Assembly: GCA_001563335.1 (NCBI GenBank)
Contig: LRSL01000075.1
Span: 1 to 41,943 of the forward strand
DNA: 41,943 nt
Reading direction: 5' to 3'
From: Candidatus Thorarchaeota archaeon SMTZ1-45
GTDB taxonomy: Archaea; Asgardarchaeota; Thorarchaeia; Thorarchaeales; Thorarchaeaceae
Shown here: positions 37,869 to 41,943 of the stretch, one piece after another
Numbering within the stretch: the stretch's first letter is position 1
How the letters are laid out: each line of letters opens with the position of its first letter
Program-made: the position numbers and the translations under genes
Notes under the pieces: model-generated
The model's input: only the letters and a program-made list of their open reading frames with translations
What the model was told of the DNA's origin: nothing
The model's database searches: none

Positions 37869-39677
37869 CTAGTCTTTATTCTTCTCTTCTTCATCTAAAG
37901 CAAGTAACCGCTCAAGCTCAGCAAGCGTTTCACCATTAAGTGGGAGATACGAATCATCTTCCTTATCAATCCCCTCTACTTTGGTGGATGCAGTACCACC
38001 CACTGAACGGTCTAGAGGACCTAGAATGGTTTCAAGCTCTTCAAGTGATTCAGCATCAAGCTCTTCTGTATAATCAGGTTCATTTTCAAGAGGTATAACC
38101 TCATCACTCCCAATTGCTTGAAGTGCTGTGTCTAACTCCTCTTCTGATGCTTGTTCAATCTCTGTTGCTATGATATCATCAAAATCATCAGTTTCAAGAG
38201 CCTCAAAGATGATGTCCTTAGCCATCTTTATTGCATCTGTGTTCTCTTCAACTACAAGTTCTGGAGTTGTAACATCAATAGCTATCTCAGCGGTTTCAGG
38301 CGCAAATTCTGTTGACACTGGTTCAGGCGCAGCTTCAGCTCTAACTTCTTCGAGCTGAGAAGGCTCAACCACAATCTCTTCTTTTGGTTCAAAAGTTACC
38401 TCAGGTTCAGCAGTAACTTCCTCTTTGAATTCAACCTCAGGTATTGGTTCCAATACTGGTTCTGAATCTATTTGAATTCCTACCTCTCCTTGACCCTCTA
38501 TAATTTCAGGTATGGGGAAATCGATTTCCTCTGAAGCATCAGCCGCTACTTCTATTTCTTCCTCAATGATAGTTTCTTCTGTTACTTCTATATCTTCTTC
38601 AATAATCTCATACTCATCAAGATCTTCAATTACATGACCTTCCTCATCCACAAAGACCTCTTCAATGACTTCCACTGTTTCGTACTCTTCTTCTTCTTCG
38701 ATCTCTTCCTCTTCTTCTTCTACATATTTCTCTTCAAGTCCTGCTACTTCTTCAGCTTCAACTCTAGCTATCGCTTCCTCTGTAGCTACATCAGTGAATT
38801 TCAATAACTCAGAAGCAGGTAAATCAGGAAGAGCAACACCAACATATTGTGCTGCCGCTGTCATCAAGATGCGCAACATCTCATCTCGACGATCTTTGTC
38901 AATTGCTACCATTGGGTAGGTTGGAATCCCAAGAATCTTCTGAACAACTTCAGGTTTCATGGCATTGGGCTTGTCCTGTTTGTTCGCCATGGCAAAAACT
39001 GGAACTTTAGGAGCATCTCGTTTTATTAACTTGAGAATGTCCTTACTGATGATTACATTTCTTAGAGTTGAATCACATACTAAAAAGATAACATCTGCGC
39101 CATGAAAGTAAAAACGCCATAGAGTACGAAAACGCTCCTGACCAGCGAAGTCCCATAGGACCAATGAGTAGTTCCCAAAGCGAATATTCTCAACTGTTTC
39201 AAGATTCAATGCTATTGTTGGAACATACTGGAGAGGAGGTGTATCTCCTAGAAGGAGATGTAGCGTGGTAGTCTTACCAACACCACCCTCTCCCACAAGT
39301 GCAATCTTGAGTCTGGTTGTTACAGAGGGTTCTATGAGAGCGGCATAATTCTTAACTGCACCTTCAATGCCATGCTTTTTGAAGGTCTTTGTAATTGCCT
39401 TTATAGCCAGGTCTATCTTTTCATAGGTATTTGCTTCATCCTCGCCCTTATCAGTTACAAAGACAAGAACAGAATCTTCAATCCAATCTTTTCCAAGAAA
39501 CTTATGATCTCCAATAATCAAAGGAAGTTCTGAAACTTGGCCATGATCTGTTCTTAGTTCCTCCCTAGTGGATATGAACTCATTCAATGCATCTTCTTTC
39601 ACCCAGACTGGCCAGTATTGGGTTGTGGCGATTATTTGTCGTGTTGATATGCGAACGAGGAAGGTATTGTGAATCAC
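37869..39677 (-). CDS. Longin-like domain + Arf/Rab-like small GTPase + ~300-aa acidic tail
   Basis: GEGGVGKTT, YVPTI, WDFAGQERFRTLW, NKQD; N-terminal longin-like pattern; Glu-rich C-terminal half. Confidence 0.85.
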   Translation of the reverse strand: MIHNTFLVRISTRQIIATTQYWPVWVKEDALNEFISTREELRTDHGQVSELPLIIGDHKFLGKDWIEDSVLVFVTDKGEDEANTYEKIDLAIKAITKTFKKHGIEGAVKNYAALIEPSVTTRLKIALVGEGGVGKTTTLHLLLGDTPPLQYVPTIALNLETVENIRFGNYSLVLWDFAGQERFRTLWRFYFHGADVIFLVCDSTLRNVIISKDILKLIKRDAPKVPVFAMANKQDKPNAMKPEVVQKILGIPTYPMVAIDKDRRDEMLRILMTAAAQYVGVALPDLPASELLKFTDVATEEAIARVEAEEVAGLEEKYVEEEEEEIEEEEEYETVEVIEEVFVDEEGHVIEDLDEYEIIEEDIEVTEETIIEEEIEVAADASEEIDFPIPEIIEGQGEVGIQIDSEPVLEPIPEVEFKEEVTAEPEVTFEPKEEIVVEPSQLEEVRAEAAPEPVSTEFAPETAEIAIDVTTPELVVEENTDAIKMAKDIIFEALETDDFDDIIATEIEQASEEELDTALQAIGSDEVIPLENEPDYTEELDAESLEELETILGPLDRSVGGTASTKVEGIDKEDDSYLPLNGETLAELERLLALDEEEKNKD

Positions 39678-39817
39678 TTCAGCATCACCAAGTTCAATCA
39701 GAGCGGGACTCTAGGTTTCTGAAACCTTTTTGATAGTAAGTCAATCCTTTAGGTATAGATTAAGCTGTGCTGTGTGTATATTTTGATATTCTGTGTATCT
39801 ATCAGTGGCCATTCTGA

Positions 39818-40045
39818 GAAAAATGTTGGAGCGGGGGTCCGCCAACGCGAACCGTCCGCATCCGTGGAGCACTTCCTAACAGGATGCAAGGATAAAATTA
39901 CATGCGCAAGACATGCCCAACGGTGGGCAATAGGGACCTAGAACTCACTTTGGGACCGTGTTTGCTGCGAGTTCCTTGTTTCTTTCGAAACATGACGGGG
40001 GAAGTCCATGCACCCTTGTTACGAAGGTTCATTAGCTCGATGAAC
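39818..40045 (-). ncRNA. Candidate ~225-nt multi-hairpin RNA
   Basis: At least 7 tandem hairpins in a GC-richer island with AT-rich flanks. GAAA tetraloop and G-U pairs favour the minus strand. Ends in a U-tract. Confidence 0.6.
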
Positions 40046-40237
40046 AAAATACCATAAGAAGCTTTCTAGGTTTTTGCGGAATATGTCCTAATCGATTTTC
40101 ACTGATATTATTACAGAATCATCTAATGCAAATTGAAGAAATCATAGTGGTGTAAAAGATTTGATTTTTTCAGAAAGATTTCACTTCATACTCATTAACA
40201 TTTATACAATCTAAGTGCTGCAGATTTATACTATCGA

Positions 40238-41377
40238 TTATCGTGGAAAGTTGTCTCTGAGCAAACGCAGATGATGATGTACCATCTCCATCTGTTTAGG
40301 ATCATCAGGTGTCTTCTCAAGATCTGTGACAAGTGTCTGAAGGAAATATTCTGGGAAGAATAGTCTGACCCTAATATCATTTAGTAGAAACAACCATTTG
40401 TCATATTCTCCAGATGCACCTTTACGTCTCTTTTCAGAGATAATCCTGAACTTCTTGAGTGTCTGAATAGCAGACTTCAACTCTTTTGGTGGAATAGCAA
40501 GTGTCGCTTCTAGTTCAGAAATATTAACTGGTCTTCTTCTTAGCTCGCTTAGTGTATCATAGCAATCTGGATCAGCAAGCACTTGAGCAACAGATACTGT
40601 ATCCTCTGGTGTCTTTTGCCATTCTGTTAGGAATTCCAAAACCTCAGACTTGTATTCAGCAGCAAGCTCTGGATCTAATACACTGCTAGCTGCCTCCATA
40701 GCTATTAGTGGTGGAGCCCGGAAAACCTCAAGATCTTTGATCATAAAAACACAGGTTCTTCCTATCTCATCAACCCACTCAGTCTTAACAAGACCAAGTT
40801 CCTCAAATGGTGCAATGACTGAATCTACACTCACACTTGGCAATCCAGTGACCATTTTAAGCCATTCTTCGAGTTCCTCCTTAGAAATGCCGCCTTTCCA
40901 GAGCTTTGGAAATACAGCTCGAGAAACCTCATCTGAGAAAAGCCGTGCAAGACGTGATTCGTCTGTCATTCCTGCAAGTCTGATAATTCGACGGTACGTA
41001 TTATCGAGCTCAGTCTGTAGTTCAGCATCGGTCATAGCAACGACTGCATTTGTAAGTGGTGTGACGACTGAAGTGATAGCAGCTTCGTAGGTCTTAGGAT
41101 CTTCTGAAGGTGTTAGAAGAAGGGAAACACAATATTGTTCCTCTTCCCTGACAACTCCAGTATAGTAGGAAGCTACACCATATTCTTCGCCACCTATCCT
41201 AACACTTAATGATGAGAATCCAGCAGTGGCATCACCCATAGCATGTGATGTGAAAATACGCATGATCTCAGTGTTTAGATCTTCCCTATAATAGTCCGCA
41301 AAGTCCGCAGGAACTTTCGCCTTTAAGACAGCACCTATTTTTGAGTCCCAATCTATGAGCAGCATCGCAACGGGCAT
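40238..41377 (-). CDS. Longin/uDENN-like domain plus two winged-helix-like domains
   Basis: MLLIDWDSKIGAVLKAKVP uDENN-type start; ISKEELEEWL...PFEELGLV and VNISELE...IQTLKKFRII wHTH patterns. Confidence 0.65.
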   Translation of the reverse strand: MPVAMLLIDWDSKIGAVLKAKVPADFADYYREDLNTEIMRIFTSHAMGDATAGFSSLSVRIGGEEYGVASYYTGVVREEEQYCVSLLLTPSEDPKTYEAAITSVVTPLTNAVVAMTDAELQTELDNTYRRIIRLAGMTDESRLARLFSDEVSRAVFPKLWKGGISKEELEEWLKMVTGLPSVSVDSVIAPFEELGLVKTEWVDEIGRTCVFMIKDLEVFRAPPLIAMEAASSVLDPELAAEYKSEVLEFLTEWQKTPEDTVSVAQVLADPDCYDTLSELRRRPVNISELEATLAIPPKELKSAIQTLKKFRIISEKRRKGASGEYDKWLFLLNDIRVRLFFPEYFLQTLVTDLEKTPDDPKQMEMVHHHLRLLRDNFPR

Positions 41378-41539
41378 TTTTCTTCTCTCCGGGTCCCTAG
41401 AGTAAGGTTAGACAAAGCCAGATTGATTTAGGATGCAGGGGGCCAGCCTAAAAAACCTTGTCTTATTTGGTTCCGACTATTAGAATTTTCGACTTGTTCA
41501 GCGCTTTTTGGAGAAGAGTTTCACTATAAAATGAGGCAT

Positions 41540-41943
41540 TTATTCGGTCAGTATTATCGTATCTGTAACAATATCGTATATTTCATCAACAACTTCAACG
41601 AGTGGTTTTGTGGCGTCAATCACTTCAAAGTTCCCACTATCGTTCTCAGCTATTTCAAGATACGTTTGACGGACTTTGACGAGACGATCTAATTTTTCAA
41701 ACTGAAGATTGGCTATTCCAGTTCTTCCAGTAGCACGTTCTAATCCAATCTCAGCAGGAACATCAAGAATGAAAACGACATCTGGTTCGGGAGCTGAGAT
41801 GTCCTCACGATTTCTTTGAAGAATTTCTTTCCAGTGTAGATCCATGACAGTTGATTGATATGCACCAGTTGCGAAAAAGTACCGGTCTAATAGAACAACC
41901 TTTCCGCCCTCCAGCGCAGGTCTTATTCGGTTGATAATATGCC
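41540..41943 (-). CDS. tmk: Thymidylate kinase (5'-partial)
   Basis: Frame is open to the window end: IRPALEGGKVVLLDRYFF..GAYQ, PDVVFILDV. Confidence 0.92.
   Translation of the reverse strand, partial: HIINRIRPALEGGKVVLLDRYFFATGAYQSTVMDLHWKEILQRNREDISAPEPDVVFILDVPAEIGLERATGRTGIANLQFEKLDRLVKVRQTYLEIAENDSGNFEVIDATKPLVEVVDEIYDIVTDTIILTE

Noticed and set aside
39995-40015. GGGGAAGUCCAUGCACC resembling RNase P RNA CR-I
   Set aside because: No complementary CR-V/P4 strand (ACAnAA..CAUGGCU) downstream, and the fold favours the opposite strand.
2389-41090. Many short ORFs overlapping or antisense to long genes
   Set aside because: Shadow frames of well-supported genes with no motifs.
1-41943. CRISPR array, transposase, or integrase at tRNA-Gln
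   Set aside because: No repeat-spacer periodicity, no mobile-element genes and no duplicated tRNA 3' end were seen.

Overview
Archaeal chromosomal segment, most likely Asgard (Thorarchaeia-like). This is inferred from a stand-alone divergent EF-2 paralog, three small GTPases, roadblock, longin and TPR proteins, tetraether lipid synthase, the archaeal PoK/PPS CoA pathway and a UGA-containing selD. Housekeeping genes are tldD/pmbA, tes, ileS, pok-pps-panE-coaBC, rtcB, SSB, partial tmk and tRNA-Gln(CUG). The ORF track truncates selD: it is a selenoprotein (HG-U-SCK). Its stop codon lies inside a eukaryote-type kink-turn SECIS-like hairpin that has a mutually exclusive alternative fold. Other highlights are three unexplained structured intergenic RNA candidates (about 6.9, 18.7 and 39.9 kb), structured leaders on ileS and the EF-2 paralog, a longin-Arf-acidic-tail gene next to an NPRL2-like longin/winged-helix gene, and a GTPase(Q->L)-TPR-caspase-fold surface protease-roadblock run. 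No mobile elements or CRISPR arrays were seen. All RNA folds were derived by eye, not computed.
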